Positions 8,765-18,881 are shown, numbered from the stretch's first letter. The stretch is 64,000 nt of DNA from Anaerolineales bacterium (GCA_041573795.1 JBFFQB010000001.1:18876-82875); one strand, 5' to 3'. Made by a program: numbers and translations. The notes: generated by a model from the sequence alone, not told the origin.

Positions 8765-10009
8765 ATGCGGATCGCACTTCTGGCCGATGGCCGCAGTCCA
8801 ATCACGCAAGGATGGCTTAGGACCCTCAACGGGCTCGGCTATCAGGTTCATTTGCTGTCAACTTTCCCTTGTATTGTTGAGCAACCACTCGCCTCATACC
8901 ATCTCGTCCCGATCGCTTTCAGTGGAATGGTGAGGCAGAAGCAACGATCAGCTCAGATGGCTCCTGGGGGTGCAGGTGCGATCCGGCTACGAGCGACTGC
9001 ACGACGTTGGCTGGGTATAGCTACCTTCCCTGCGGCGATCCAGCGGATGCGTGCCATCCTCAATGGCCTCGATGTAGATCTACTGCATGCTTTGCGTATT
9101 CCTTATGAAGGTATGCTTGCAGCGGAGAGCAAGCCTGCAATCCCATTGATCCTTTCGGTATGGGGAAATGATTTCACACTCCACGCTCGTAGCGCTCCAT
9201 GGATGCAGTGGTTGACCCGCCGGTCTGTCGCTCGAACCGATGGGATTCATGCGGATTGTCATCGTGATATTCGCCTTGCCAGGAGGTGGGGGCTAAAAGA
9301 AGATAGTCCGACGCTGGTCGTGCCAGGTGGGGGAGGATTGGACCGCGAGCTATTCCATGTAGGATCCGTTGATCTAGAGCACCTGCGCCCAGAGATCAGA
9401 GCGCAAATAGAGTCACTTCCCAAAGATACACCGGTAGTCATCAACCCGCGTGGCTTTCGGGCCTATGTTCGCAACGATACGTTTTTCCACTCACTTCCGC
9501 TTATTTTGCGTGAATTCCCCTCAACAAGGTTCCTGGCGCCAACAATGCTGGGGGAGAGATCAGCCGAGCAGTGGTTAAACCGGTTGGGGATTGAGGGGTC
9601 AGTCATTTTGCTGCCAAAGTTGACGCCGGAGGAGATGGCGATCCTTTACCGGCGCAGCCAGGTGATGGTTTCTCCAAGCGAACATGATGGCACTCCGAAT
9701 AGCTTCCTGGAGGCGATTGCGTGCGGCTGTTTTCCTGTTGTCGGGGATCTCGAATCGCTCAGAGAGTGGGTCCAGGATGGTGTCAACGGCCTGCTCATCG
9801 ATCCGAGTCGTCCAGAGGCACTGGCGCAAGCCGTCATCCAGGCCTTGCGCGATTCGGCGCTGCGCTCACGGGCGTCAAAACATAATCAAGCGCTCATTGA
9901 CGACCGCGCCGAGCGGGTACGCATCAGCAAGCAGCTGGATCGTTTCTATCACGAGGTCTTGGAGCAAAAAACCTTTCAGAAACCTGAGCAGAAGGGCAGC
10001 CTCTCATGA
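8765..10009 (+). CDS. glycosyltransferase family 4 (GT-B)
   Basis: 414 aa. ...PSEHDGTPNSFLEAIACGCFPVVGDLESLREWV... ATG directly abuts the previous stop (TGAATG). Confidence 0.8.
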   Translation: MRIALLADGRSPITQGWLRTLNGLGYQVHLLSTFPCIVEQPLASYHLVPIAFSGMVRQKQRSAQMAPGGAGAIRLRATARRWLGIATFPAAIQRMRAILNGLDVDLLHALRIPYEGMLAAESKPAIPLILSVWGNDFTLHARSAPWMQWLTRRSVARTDGIHADCHRDIRLARRWGLKEDSPTLVVPGGGGLDRELFHVGSVDLEHLRPEIRAQIESLPKDTPVVINPRGFRAYVRNDTFFHSLPLILREFPSTRFLAPTMLGERSAEQWLNRLGIEGSVILLPKLTPEEMAILYRRSQVMVSPSEHDGTPNSFLEAIACGCFPVVGDLESLREWVQDGVNGLLIDPSRPEALAQAVIQALRDSALRSRASKHNQALIDDRAERVRISKQLDRFYHEVLEQKTFQKPEQKGSLS

Positions 10010-11058
10010 AGGTTGTCAAGCTTGAATACATTCCTGAGGCAACCATCCTGCATCACATTGATGGGGAGGGTTCACTTTGGGGGACCCGTGGCAGGAAGGT
10101 TATCAAAGCAATACAAGGGGAGATCTGGGAACAAGTGACCGAGTTTCCCCGCGCGTACCCACGCGACCTGTTCGGCTTCAGCCGACCTACTGCGCGAGCG
10201 ATGCGTGCCGATAAAGCCAATCTCTATGTGAATGCTAATGGGGGCCTGCTCGGTATCCGGGCTGGAATTGTTTATACGCTTGAGAAATCCGGAGCCTTCA
10301 CGCCATGGTTTGAGATCCAGGGAGACAGTGTGCTGCATGGGGGTATCTGTGAGGATCAACAAGGCTGGACATACTTCGGCGAATATTTCATGAATCCCCG
10401 ACGCGGCGAGGTACATATCTTCCGGGTAGATCCGGAGCTAAAAACATGGGAGATTGCACACACTTTTTCGCCGGGTGAGATTCGTCATATCCATGGTGTA
10501 TACCGTGACCCCTATGATGTAGATTCGCTGTGGATTACCAGCGGTGATGCAACCGGCGAGTGCTATCTGTTCCGTACGCGTGATCGCTTTGCGACAATTG
10601 AGCGCATTGGTGAAGGCACGCAGCGCTGGCGAGCAGTGCGCCTGTTTTTCACACCAGACGCGGTCTGCTGGCTAACGGATAGCCAATTGGAGCAGAATTT
10701 CAGTTGTCGCTGGGACCGGCGAAGCGGGAAACTTGCCCTCGGAGATCGTGTGGATGCGCCGACCTGGTATGGCAGCACAACGGTAGAAGGTTTGCACCTG
10801 GCCTTTACGACCGTTGAACCAGGCCCGTCTGTCGACCGCAGGACCGCTGCGATCTTTGCCAGCCAGGATGCAGTCGAATGGAAGGAGATCTATCGATTCC
10901 CAAAGGATCAATGGCGCCCGATGAAGCTTTTCAAGTATGGCGTAATCAGCTGCCCCTCCGGGGTGATGTCGCAGAATGAATTCCTTATCAGCGGGGAAGG
11001 ATTGAAAGGTTTGGATGGTATCAGTGCCAGGCTAAATATTATGGCAGGAACCACATGA
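10006..11058 (+). CDS. hypothetical protein (soluble, beta-rich; no family recognised)
   Basis: 350-aa ORF translationally coupled at both ends (ATGA at 10006 and 11055). Coding-like composition and no TM segments. Confidence 0.65.
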   Translation: MKVVKLEYIPEATILHHIDGEGSLWGTRGRKVIKAIQGEIWEQVTEFPRAYPRDLFGFSRPTARAMRADKANLYVNANGGLLGIRAGIVYTLEKSGAFTPWFEIQGDSVLHGGICEDQQGWTYFGEYFMNPRRGEVHIFRVDPELKTWEIAHTFSPGEIRHIHGVYRDPYDVDSLWITSGDATGECYLFRTRDRFATIERIGEGTQRWRAVRLFFTPDAVCWLTDSQLEQNFSCRWDRRSGKLALGDRVDAPTWYGSTTVEGLHLAFTTVEPGPSVDRRTAAIFASQDAVEWKEIYRFPKDQWRPMKLFKYGVISCPSGVMSQNEFLISGEGLKGLDGISARLNIMAGTT

Positions 11059-11717
11059 TTCGCCGGATCCTGGAATGGGCCCTGACCATTGCGAAAAGGC
11101 TGGTGGATGACACGATCCCCGAGAAGGATTTGCACGCCTTCCTGCGTAAGAATCTGATGGACCTTGATGCCCGGATCAAATCGGGTGAGGTTTCGATCGA
11201 CGATCCTGCGCTTGGAACCATCTATGAGGGGGTGGATCGATTACGCCGACAAGGATTTTCCGATCTTCCCGACTTTAAATTGGCTACAACATCCAGCGCT
11301 TTGATCAAACCAGAAGGTATGGTGAGATTAGCAGAACCGATCCTTCACCAAGGGATAATTGCCATTGGCCTCCTGGAGAAGACTTTGCTGCAGATGGAGC
11401 AAAATGTAGCACTGGATGAAAGTCAACATCAGAATATGGAAGCCTTGCTTCGCCATATCGAAATTCGACGCCAGGGCGGTTTGGTCTTTAATGGCCAATC
11501 ATCAAACCATGATCGTTGGCTCGCTGTAGCGGTTTTAAGTGCCCTGTTCAGCCGATATGCTGCAGGCGAATGTGATTACCGCTTCTTAAATTCGGCCTTG
11601 AAACTCAATGATTGGGCTTTTCGCTACTTCCGCAAGCGACAAGATCAACCTGGGGGGCTTCCCTATCTAAGGGCGGTCCTTGAGTTAGAAGCGACGCTGT
11701 TGGAGATGACATCCTGA
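11055..11717 (+). CDS. hypothetical protein (alpha-helical; no family recognised)
   Basis: 220-aa ORF coupled to both neighbours (ATGA 11055, TGATG 11715-11719). Confidence 0.6.
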   Translation: MIRRILEWALTIAKRLVDDTIPEKDLHAFLRKNLMDLDARIKSGEVSIDDPALGTIYEGVDRLRRQGFSDLPDFKLATTSSALIKPEGMVRLAEPILHQGIIAIGLLEKTLLQMEQNVALDESQHQNMEALLRHIEIRRQGGLVFNGQSSNHDRWLAVAVLSALFSRYAAGECDYRFLNSALKLNDWAFRYFRKRQDQPGGLPYLRAVLELEATLLEMTS

Positions 11718-12514
11718 TGCGTGTCGCCCTCTTTGCCCCAACATCGAGGAGTTTATACTCTCGTTTGGTTGCATCTGCGATAATTCAACAGGAAAAAATT
11801 GAGCTTGTAGGCATCTTTGTGCGACACCTTTGGTCGATTAAACGCATACGAACGGATTTGCGACGTGAAGGACCGCGTTTACTTCAAAAGGTCTATGAGA
11901 AACTGATCGCACCTGAAGCAATCTCTCAGGGAGAGGCGAACCCTTTAGTAGACGTGGCGAATGAGCGCTTGCTAAATTTTCGGGATCTCATCGATATGAG
12001 CCGCAGGAGCGGCATCCCCTTTTACCGGGTGCGAGACTTTAACTCGAAGCGAACTGAAGCTTCCCTGAAAGGGCTTAAACCCGACCTGGTTGCCTTCACA
12101 GGAGGCGGACTCATTCGAAAGAACATACTAACGGTACCTGCACAGGGGGTCCTTAATTGTCACTCGGGTTTGCTGCCACGTTTTCGCGGCATGGACACCC
12201 TGGAGTGGACAATCCTTGAAGCGCAGGGAGCACTTCCCCAGGTTGGGCTGACCTTGCATTTCATGGATACAGGCGTCGACACTGGCCCCATCCTGCGCCA
12301 ACATCGGGTGGAGTTGAATCCAGGAGAAAGCCTCAACGCTGTCCGAAAACGTCTGGAGCCCGAAATGGTACAGTTGATGTGCCAAGGTGTGGTCGACCTG
12401 CAGCGCGGCATCCTTAAAGCAATTCCACAAGAAAAGTCTGCTGGACGACAATACTTTGTTATCCACCCACGCCTGCAAGAGAAAGCTGAGATGAAGCTGC
12501 AGCGCAGTGCCTGA
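11717..12514 (+). CDS. formyltransferase-family protein (stand-alone catalytic domain, sugar N-formyltransferase/Fmt-like)
   Basis: 265 aa. LNCHSGLLPRFRGMDTLEWTI matches the N-x-H-x-x-LLP-x-x-RG...D formyltransferase core. No Fmt C-terminal tRNA-binding domain. Confidence 0.75.
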   Translation: MRVALFAPTSRSLYSRLVASAIIQQEKIELVGIFVRHLWSIKRIRTDLRREGPRLLQKVYEKLIAPEAISQGEANPLVDVANERLLNFRDLIDMSRRSGIPFYRVRDFNSKRTEASLKGLKPDLVAFTGGGLIRKNILTVPAQGVLNCHSGLLPRFRGMDTLEWTILEAQGALPQVGLTLHFMDTGVDTGPILRQHRVELNPGESLNAVRKRLEPEMVQLMCQGVVDLQRGILKAIPQEKSAGRQYFVIHPRLQEKAEMKLQRSA

Positions 12515-12558
12515 CAGTAGGGTAGCCCCATAGTTTGACTGTGGAGGCACTGCCCCGA

Positions 12559-12567
12559 TGCTATAAT
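12559..12567 (+). promoter_or_regulatory. candidate internal extended -10 promoter (TGCTATAAT)
   Basis: Lies in the 114-nt gap between the formyltransferase and the oxidoreductase. The 14-mer ATGCTATAATCGCC is identical to the one upstream of ftsK (52099-52112). Confidence 0.4.
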
Positions 12568-12628
12568 CGCCTCGAAACTCACCCGGGATTGAGGCTCTTA
12601 TCATCCCTCAACTGCTGTGAAGGAAATT

Positions 12629-14785
12629 ATGAAGCAAGTTGTCCAAGATATACGCAGTGGTGAAACGAAGCTTGTTGACGTTCCGGTACCGGCTGTGAAA
12701 CGCAGAACAGCACTCGTCCGAAACCGGGCATCTTTGGTTTCTGCAGGCACCGAGCGAGCACTGGTGGAGTTTGCAGGCAAAAGCCTGGTTCGGAAAGCGA
12801 AGTCACGCCCCGATCTTGTCCGGCAGGTGCTTGATAAAGCCCGTAGGGAAGGGCTGCTTACAACCATCGATGCCGTGATGAATCGCCTGGACCAGCCTCT
12901 AGCCCTGGGATACTCATCGGCGGGGATAATCGAGGCGTTAGGCGAAGAGATGGAAGGTTTTCAAGTAGGGGATCGGGTCGCCTGTGCAGGAGGGGGACAC
13001 GCTGTACATGCGGAGTATGTTCTAGTCCCCAGGAATCTAATCGCACCCTTACCACAAACCGTCGATTTTCAGGCGGGTGCCTTTGCGACAGTGGGCGCCA
13101 TCGCATTACACGGTTTTCGGTTGGGCGAGGCAGGGGTCCGTGATCGTGTAGCCGTAATTGGAATGGGGCTGCTGGGGTTGCTCGCTGCCAGTATTGCCCG
13201 AGCTGCAGGCTGCGCCGTCATGGGCATTGATGTCGATCGCGATCGGGTTGAACAGGCAAACAAACTTGGCATTGAGACTGTGTTGCGGGAGCAAGCCGAG
13301 GAGGCTTCGCTTAGCTTCACCGATCATCGGGGCTTTGATCTGGTGCAGATCTGTGCTGACACACCCGCCGATGATACTGTCGAGCTGGCAGGCGCCATAG
13401 CGCGTGATCGTGGGGTTGTGGTATCCACAGGCGTTGTGGGCACACATTTACCCCGAAATTTGTATTTCGAAAAGGAGCTGCGCTTCACTGTATCTCGCTC
13501 CTATGGCCCAGGACGTTATGACCCTCGATATGAAGAGAGTGGTGAAGATTACCCTTACGGCTACGTTCGTTGGACTGAAGGGCGAAATATGCAGGCTTTC
13601 CTCGAATTGATTGAAACCAATAGGCTGGATGTTGCACCTTTGATAACGCATGAATTCCCCATTGAAGATGCACTGAAAGCCTACACTTTGATTACGGGCT
13701 CAGGGGATGGTCTGTACACAGGTGTTCTGCTGACATATCCCGACAGACCAGATGAGACTCCAGAACGGAGAGTTGCGCTCAAAGCAGTTCGTCCGGCTAC
13801 GGAGGAAGCTGTGAAGCTGGGCATGCTCGGTGCGGGGAATTTTTCTGGCACTGTCCTGTTGCCCGCGATCAAACGCGTCGCCGGCATTGAATTGGTGGGG
13901 ATTGCCTCAGCCGGGGGGCGTACGGCAACACAAGTAGGTAAGCGATTTAAGTTTAAGTACGCCGCTACGGACACTGAGCAATTGATCAACGATGAGGGCA
14001 TCAATACCTTGGCCATCCTCACACGTCATCATCTGCACGCACAACTTATCCTGGCTGGATTAAAGGCTGGCAAGCACGTATTCTGTGAAAAGCCACTAGC
14101 TTTGAATCAGGATCAGCTCAATGAAATTCAGACCGTCCTGGCATCGAGTTCGAGATTATTGATGGTTGGATTTAACCGCCGCTTTTCCCCCCATGCAAAA
14201 CGGCTGAAAGCATTCTTAAGCACAAGCGATGCGCCCATGGCTATGCAATATCGGGTGAACGCCGGGGTATTACCCGCCAATCACTGGCTTCATGATCCTG
14301 AGCAAGGCGGCGGCCGCATTATCGGGGAGGTTTGCCACTTTGTGGACCTCTTAACCTTTCTTAGTGGGTCACCCCCTATCCGGGTGAGTGCTAGCGCGTT
14401 GCCCAGCGTGGGCGATTACGTTGAGGATAATGTTATCTTGACCTTCTCATTTGGGGATGGCTCTGTTGGGACCGTAAACTACTTCGCTAATGGAGATCGC
14501 TCACTTCCGAAGGAACGCCTGGAGGTGTTTCAGGCTGGAAGAGTAGCCATTCTGGACGATTTTCGGCAGCTTGCCTTGATTGCTAATAGTCGAAGGCGTA
14601 CCTTTAGATCAAGGCTCCGACAGGACAAAGGACATCAAGGTGAATGGGAAGCGTTCGTGGATGCAATCGTGAATTCGCAGGAACCGCCCATTGCCTATGA
14701 TCAACTGTTTGCCGTGACCCGTGCCACCTTCGCGGCTGTTCAAGCCTTGCGTACGGGCGAGTCGGTTTCGATCACAACCCTCTGA
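12629..14785 (+). CDS. bi-domain oxidoreductase: N-terminal MDR/Zn-alcohol-dehydrogenase-like + C-terminal Gfo/Idh/MocA
   Basis: MKQVVQDIRSGETKLVDVPVP start. GHAVHAEYVLVP and GMGLLGLLAA (MDR Rossmann). The second half has MLGAGNFSG...CEKPLAL (Gfo/Idh/MocA EKP motif). Confidence 0.85.
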   Translation: MKQVVQDIRSGETKLVDVPVPAVKRRTALVRNRASLVSAGTERALVEFAGKSLVRKAKSRPDLVRQVLDKARREGLLTTIDAVMNRLDQPLALGYSSAGIIEALGEEMEGFQVGDRVACAGGGHAVHAEYVLVPRNLIAPLPQTVDFQAGAFATVGAIALHGFRLGEAGVRDRVAVIGMGLLGLLAASIARAAGCAVMGIDVDRDRVEQANKLGIETVLREQAEEASLSFTDHRGFDLVQICADTPADDTVELAGAIARDRGVVVSTGVVGTHLPRNLYFEKELRFTVSRSYGPGRYDPRYEESGEDYPYGYVRWTEGRNMQAFLELIETNRLDVAPLITHEFPIEDALKAYTLITGSGDGLYTGVLLTYPDRPDETPERRVALKAVRPATEEAVKLGMLGAGNFSGTVLLPAIKRVAGIELVGIASAGGRTATQVGKRFKFKYAATDTEQLINDEGINTLAILTRHHLHAQLILAGLKAGKHVFCEKPLALNQDQLNEIQTVLASSSRLLMVGFNRRFSPHAKRLKAFLSTSDAPMAMQYRVNAGVLPANHWLHDPEQGGGRIIGEVCHFVDLLTFLSGSPPIRVSASALPSVGDYVEDNVILTFSFGDGSVGTVNYFANGDRSLPKERLEVFQAGRVAILDDFRQLALIANSRRRTFRSRLRQDKGHQGEWEAFVDAIVNSQEPPIAYDQLFAVTRATFAAVQALRTGESVSITTL

Positions 14786-14798
14786 GATTGCACAACGT

Positions 14799-16934
14799 AT
14801 GGTTATGCGCCTGCTTCGCGCCTTGCAAGAGTTGGGTCTGCTAACTTTGAGCAAGTATGCCTTATACAGCTTGGCACTCCGCAGCGGGTACTATCGCTGG
14901 CGGTTGCCAGTGCAATCGTGGTCGCAGATTAATCTATCCGACCTGCTTCGCAGCAAGATACCAAACAACCCTGAAGATTACGCTGCTTATCGCAAGGAAA
15001 ATCAAACAACATCAATTTTCAAGCTTGATCCGGGACAGCAGCCTGTTCTCCAGAAGGCGAGAAGAAGGATCGAATCTGAAGCGAATTCGATCAGCGAGGG
15101 TAGCTTTCAACTTTTTGGAATTGACAACGTTGAGCTTGGTTCTCCGCCAGGTTGGCATGCCTATGCCCCTCTGGCTGGTGCTAGTGGCGCTGCTCCGATG
15201 CAGGATCACCGTCATTGGAGTCTTTACACGCTCGAAGACTTGCCGCATGACGTGAAACTGCTATGGGAAGCTTCGCGGTTCGGGTGGGTTTACCCTTTGG
15301 CACAGGCCTACGCATTCAGCGGAGAAGACCGTTATTTCGATGATTTTTGGACCCTGTTCTCTTCCTGGCTTGATGAAAATCCACCGCAGGTGGGATTGCA
15401 TTGGTACTCAGCCCAGGAAGTCGCCATTCGCTTGATCGCTTTGCTGTACGCGTTTCATACCTTCTCAGACAGGCTCAATGAATTCCCTGAAGGGTATGTG
15501 AAACTTCTTGCTGCGATTGCAATCCACGCACAGAGGATTCCACCCACCTTGTCCTATGCAGAAGCCCAGAACAACAACCACCTGCTGGTGGAAAGCGCGG
15601 CGCTTTATCTGGTCGGCACAGCGCTTCCAGAATTGAAGAGTGCTGCAAATTGGAGGCTGAAGGGGCGCCGTCTCTTTGATAGGAGCGTTGAAAAACAGAT
15701 CTTTCCTGATGGTGGTTATGTTCAGCACTCATCCAATTATCAACGACTGGCATTGCAAGTTGGCATCCTGGTTGCCCATGCAGCCGAAGTTGAGGGGCAG
15801 CCATTGAATGAGATGGCGCTTAAAGCGCTTAGAGCGATGGCAGCATGTCTGGCGGCCTTGGTGGATGAAACGCAAGGGACCAGCCCTAACTTCGGGCCCA
15901 ATGATGGCGCTATCTTAGTCCCCCTCAGTGCACGACCGTTCGCAGATTTTCGGCCCACAGTCCAGGCGGCCTGGCAACTGCTCTTGGGTGAGCGATGCTA
16001 TCCTCCCGGACCATGGGATGACTTTGCTGCATGGCTGGGTGTTGGGAAGGAAGGGGATAAACTCCCCACTTCAGAAGTTGTTGCGCTAACATCTGTCGAC
16101 CTGCCCTACGCCGGACTATATACTGCCCGAAAAGACAGGCTAAGAGCATTTCTTCGGGCGGTGACGTTTAGAAATCGGCCCGGGCATAGCGATCAACTGC
16201 ATTTGGATATCTGGTACGGTGACGTCAATCTTGCCCGTGATCCGGGAACGTATCTTTACAATGCTTCTCAGCCCTGGGACAACGCATTATCCGGTTCCTG
16301 GTGTCACAATACGGTCACCGTTGATAGACGAGACCCCATGCTCAGGGCCGGGCGATTTCTCTGGCTATCCAGGTCTCATGCGCTAGCGAATAGGTACCGG
16401 CTGGGTGCCGAAGCGCCCATTGAACTGTTGTTTGCTCGTCACCGTGCCCGCCAATGGCCAGGGCTGCAACATCAACGCTCAGTGGCAATCCTGGGAAGCG
16501 ATATCATCATTGTCTCCGACGATATCGTCGGCCAGGGCAGGCACCAGCTTACCCTCAACTGGAATTTGGTCGACCTGCCATGGCAAGTCGGGTCTGATAG
16601 GATCACGTTGCGCCATGAAGCCTTCCAGACCTCTCTTGATTGGTCAGTGGAAGGTGGGTCTTGGGGTTTATACCGGTCGGGAAAATGTGTTGACGGTGAT
16701 CCTGTCGTTGAGAATCCGGCTACCTTTGGATGGCATTCTCCTACCTATGCACAGAAAGTACCGGGCTTGCAATTGGTTATCACAACCGATCAGCAGCTTC
16801 CGCTGCGCATGATCAGCACCTGGAGCTTTGAGGGAGCGGATACAAGCAAGCTCAACATCGGCTGGCTACCTATCGAGGAAAACCGAGTTGCGTTTAAAGC
16901 TATAGCATGGGGTCCGCACGAGTGGGCGATTTGA
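14799..16934 (+). CDS. heparinase II/III-like (alginate-lyase superfamily) protein
   Basis: About 711 aa. The (alpha/alpha) toroid-like N-half has ...NNHLLVESAALY...GGYVQHSSNYQRLAL..., and the beta-rich C-half has HSDQLHLDIWYG and WCHNTVTVD, typical of Hepar_II_III. ATG 14799 follows the stop at 14785. Confidence 0.8.
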   Translation: MVMRLLRALQELGLLTLSKYALYSLALRSGYYRWRLPVQSWSQINLSDLLRSKIPNNPEDYAAYRKENQTTSIFKLDPGQQPVLQKARRRIESEANSISEGSFQLFGIDNVELGSPPGWHAYAPLAGASGAAPMQDHRHWSLYTLEDLPHDVKLLWEASRFGWVYPLAQAYAFSGEDRYFDDFWTLFSSWLDENPPQVGLHWYSAQEVAIRLIALLYAFHTFSDRLNEFPEGYVKLLAAIAIHAQRIPPTLSYAEAQNNNHLLVESAALYLVGTALPELKSAANWRLKGRRLFDRSVEKQIFPDGGYVQHSSNYQRLALQVGILVAHAAEVEGQPLNEMALKALRAMAACLAALVDETQGTSPNFGPNDGAILVPLSARPFADFRPTVQAAWQLLLGERCYPPGPWDDFAAWLGVGKEGDKLPTSEVVALTSVDLPYAGLYTARKDRLRAFLRAVTFRNRPGHSDQLHLDIWYGDVNLARDPGTYLYNASQPWDNALSGSWCHNTVTVDRRDPMLRAGRFLWLSRSHALANRYRLGAEAPIELLFARHRARQWPGLQHQRSVAILGSDIIIVSDDIVGQGRHQLTLNWNLVDLPWQVGSDRITLRHEAFQTSLDWSVEGGSWGLYRSGKCVDGDPVVENPATFGWHSPTYAQKVPGLQLVITTDQQLPLRMISTWSFEGADTSKLNIGWLPIEENRVAFKAIAWGPHEWAI

Positions 16935-16935
16935 C

Positions 16936-18147
16936 GTGGAAATCCTACTGATACATCAGGCTTTTACGGCATTGGATGAACCTGGTGGGACGCGGCATCA
17001 TGAATTAGCGCGCCATCTTCAAAATTTGGGCCACCAACTTACCATTATTACGGGTCAGGGAAGCTACCTCACTGGGGAGCGCACAACAGCAGGCAGCGGG
17101 GTTGTGCGGCAGGTGGATGACGTGGGGGTAATCATCTTGCGTATCCCTGGGTATCTTGCGTGGCATCGCTCATTTTTCCACCGCGTATTGAGTTTTCTCA
17201 GTTTTATGGTTCGGGCGTTCTTAGAAGGGCTGCGTGCAGGCGAGGTTGAACTTGTGTGGGGTACGTCTCCTCCGATCTTCCAGGCTGTCAGCGCAGCCCT
17301 GCTGGCGAAATGGCGCCAGGTCCCATTTGTGTTAGAAGTACGAGATCTCTGGCCCTATTTTGCCATCGCCAGTGGGGTGCTGCGGTCAAAGCTGCTCATC
17401 GGCATGTCAAACTGGCTTGAACGAAGGCTATATCAGGCTGCAGATGTGGTAGTCGTAAACTCACCAGGGTTCAGCGAGTATGTCAGTCAGCGTGGTGCGA
17501 AGCGCGTTGAAGTTATCCCGAATGGTGTTGACTGCAATACAGACTTAGCGGTAGAGGTTAAAGAAGATCTGCGAGAGCAACTGGGTATTCAGGAAAGTTT
17601 CATCGTTGTCTATGCGGGTGCACATGGATTGTCAAACGATCTGGTAACAGTCCTGAAGGCCGGCGCGTTGCTTAAAGCGCGAGAAGACATTCAGCTGGTA
17701 TTGATTGGAGCAGGTAAAGAAAAGGCGAATTTAGTGGCAAGGACTCAGGCTGAGAAGCTAACCAACGTCCATTTTGTGGATCCTGTCCCGAAGATGCATA
17801 TGCCCGCAATACTTGCACAAGCAAACGCGGGTCTGGCAATATTGATGGCCATCGATGCATATAAAACGACGTTTCCGAATAAGGTATTTGATTACATGGC
17901 GGCTGGACTCCCGGTTCTTTGTGCGATCGACGGCGTCATTCGAGAAGTGGTTGAGCAAGGAGCAGCTGGCGTATTCGTAGAACCTGGAAACCCCGAAGCG
18001 CTAGCGCAGTCGATACGGATGCTTGCGGAGGATCGAGAGCGAGCCACAAAGATGGGCGCGAATGGCCGCCGTTGGGTTTGCGACCATTATGACCGTAGCG
18101 CGCTGGCGATTGATCTCGCCACGATCATGCAAGGCCTACTCACCTGA
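16936..18147 (+). CDS. glycosyltransferase family 4, WbuB/WcaI-like
   Basis: 403 aa. MEILLIHQAF...EPGGTRHHELARHL N-terminus is typical of WbuB-like GT4. GTG start 1 nt after the upstream stop. Confidence 0.82.
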   Translation: MEILLIHQAFTALDEPGGTRHHELARHLQNLGHQLTIITGQGSYLTGERTTAGSGVVRQVDDVGVIILRIPGYLAWHRSFFHRVLSFLSFMVRAFLEGLRAGEVELVWGTSPPIFQAVSAALLAKWRQVPFVLEVRDLWPYFAIASGVLRSKLLIGMSNWLERRLYQAADVVVVNSPGFSEYVSQRGAKRVEVIPNGVDCNTDLAVEVKEDLREQLGIQESFIVVYAGAHGLSNDLVTVLKAGALLKAREDIQLVLIGAGKEKANLVARTQAEKLTNVHFVDPVPKMHMPAILAQANAGLAILMAIDAYKTTFPNKVFDYMAAGLPVLCAIDGVIREVVEQGAAGVFVEPGNPEALAQSIRMLAEDRERATKMGANGRRWVCDHYDRSALAIDLATIMQGLLT

Positions 18148-18159
18148 CATTGTTCAATC

Positions 18160-18828
18160 ATGAGAGACGATGAGCAGATCCCTGAGATGCGAAAACTAGC
18201 GGGTTTCAAACTTTTTCCCAGCGGCATTCCAGTTTCAAAACGCCTATTGGATCTTCTGCTGACAATACCGGGATTGGTGCTTGTGAGCCCATTTATGCTC
18301 ATCATCGCCTTGCTGATACGCTGGCGTTTGGGGAAGCCGGTCATCTTCCAGCAAGATCGTCCCGGCTTAAAAAACCAACTCTTTGCAGTATATAAGTTCC
18401 GTACGATGACGGATGATAGGGATGAGTATGGAAACCTGCTTCCAGATGCGCAGCGCTTGCGTAAGCTCGGTCAATTCCTGCGCTCCTTTAGCCTCGATGA
18501 GTTGCCGGAATTGTTCAACGTAATGAAGGGAGAGATGAGTTTGGTTGGCCCCCGGCCACTGCTGGTCCAATATCTGGATCGCTACTCGCCTGAGCAAGTC
18601 CGCCGCCACGATGTGCTGCCGGGGATAACGGGTTGGGCGCAGGTCAATGGTCGCAATGCCCTTACCTGGGAAGATAAATTCGCGTTTGACGTTTGGTATG
18701 TTGACCATTGGTCCTGGTGGCTTGATATAAAAATTCTGGGGATAACGCTGTGGAAAGTGCTTACACGGGAGGGAATCAGTCAACCAGGCCATGCAACAGC
18801 CGAAGAATTCTGGGGCAGTGAAGGGTAA
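18160..18828 (+). CDS. small monotopic phosphoglycosyl transferase (bacterial sugar transferase, PglC/WbaP-C-terminal type)
   Basis: 222 aa. One N-terminal hydrophobic helix, KFRTM, DELPELFNVMKGEMSLVGPRPLL, PGITGWAQVNGRN motifs. Confidence 0.9.
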   Translation: MRDDEQIPEMRKLAGFKLFPSGIPVSKRLLDLLLTIPGLVLVSPFMLIIALLIRWRLGKPVIFQQDRPGLKNQLFAVYKFRTMTDDRDEYGNLLPDAQRLRKLGQFLRSFSLDELPELFNVMKGEMSLVGPRPLLVQYLDRYSPEQVRRHDVLPGITGWAQVNGRNALTWEDKFAFDVWYVDHWSWWLDIKILGITLWKVLTREGISQPGHATAEEFWGSEG

Positions 18829-18881
18829 GACGACTACGTTCCTTGTCAAGATATTGCACAGATAACACGCAAATGTTATGC

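Noticed and set aside
12128-12604. Two overlapping minus-strand ORFs (158 and 140 aa) opposite the formyltransferase
   Set aside because: They are antisense shadows with no motifs. The plus-strand gene is supported by the catalytic motif and by translational coupling.
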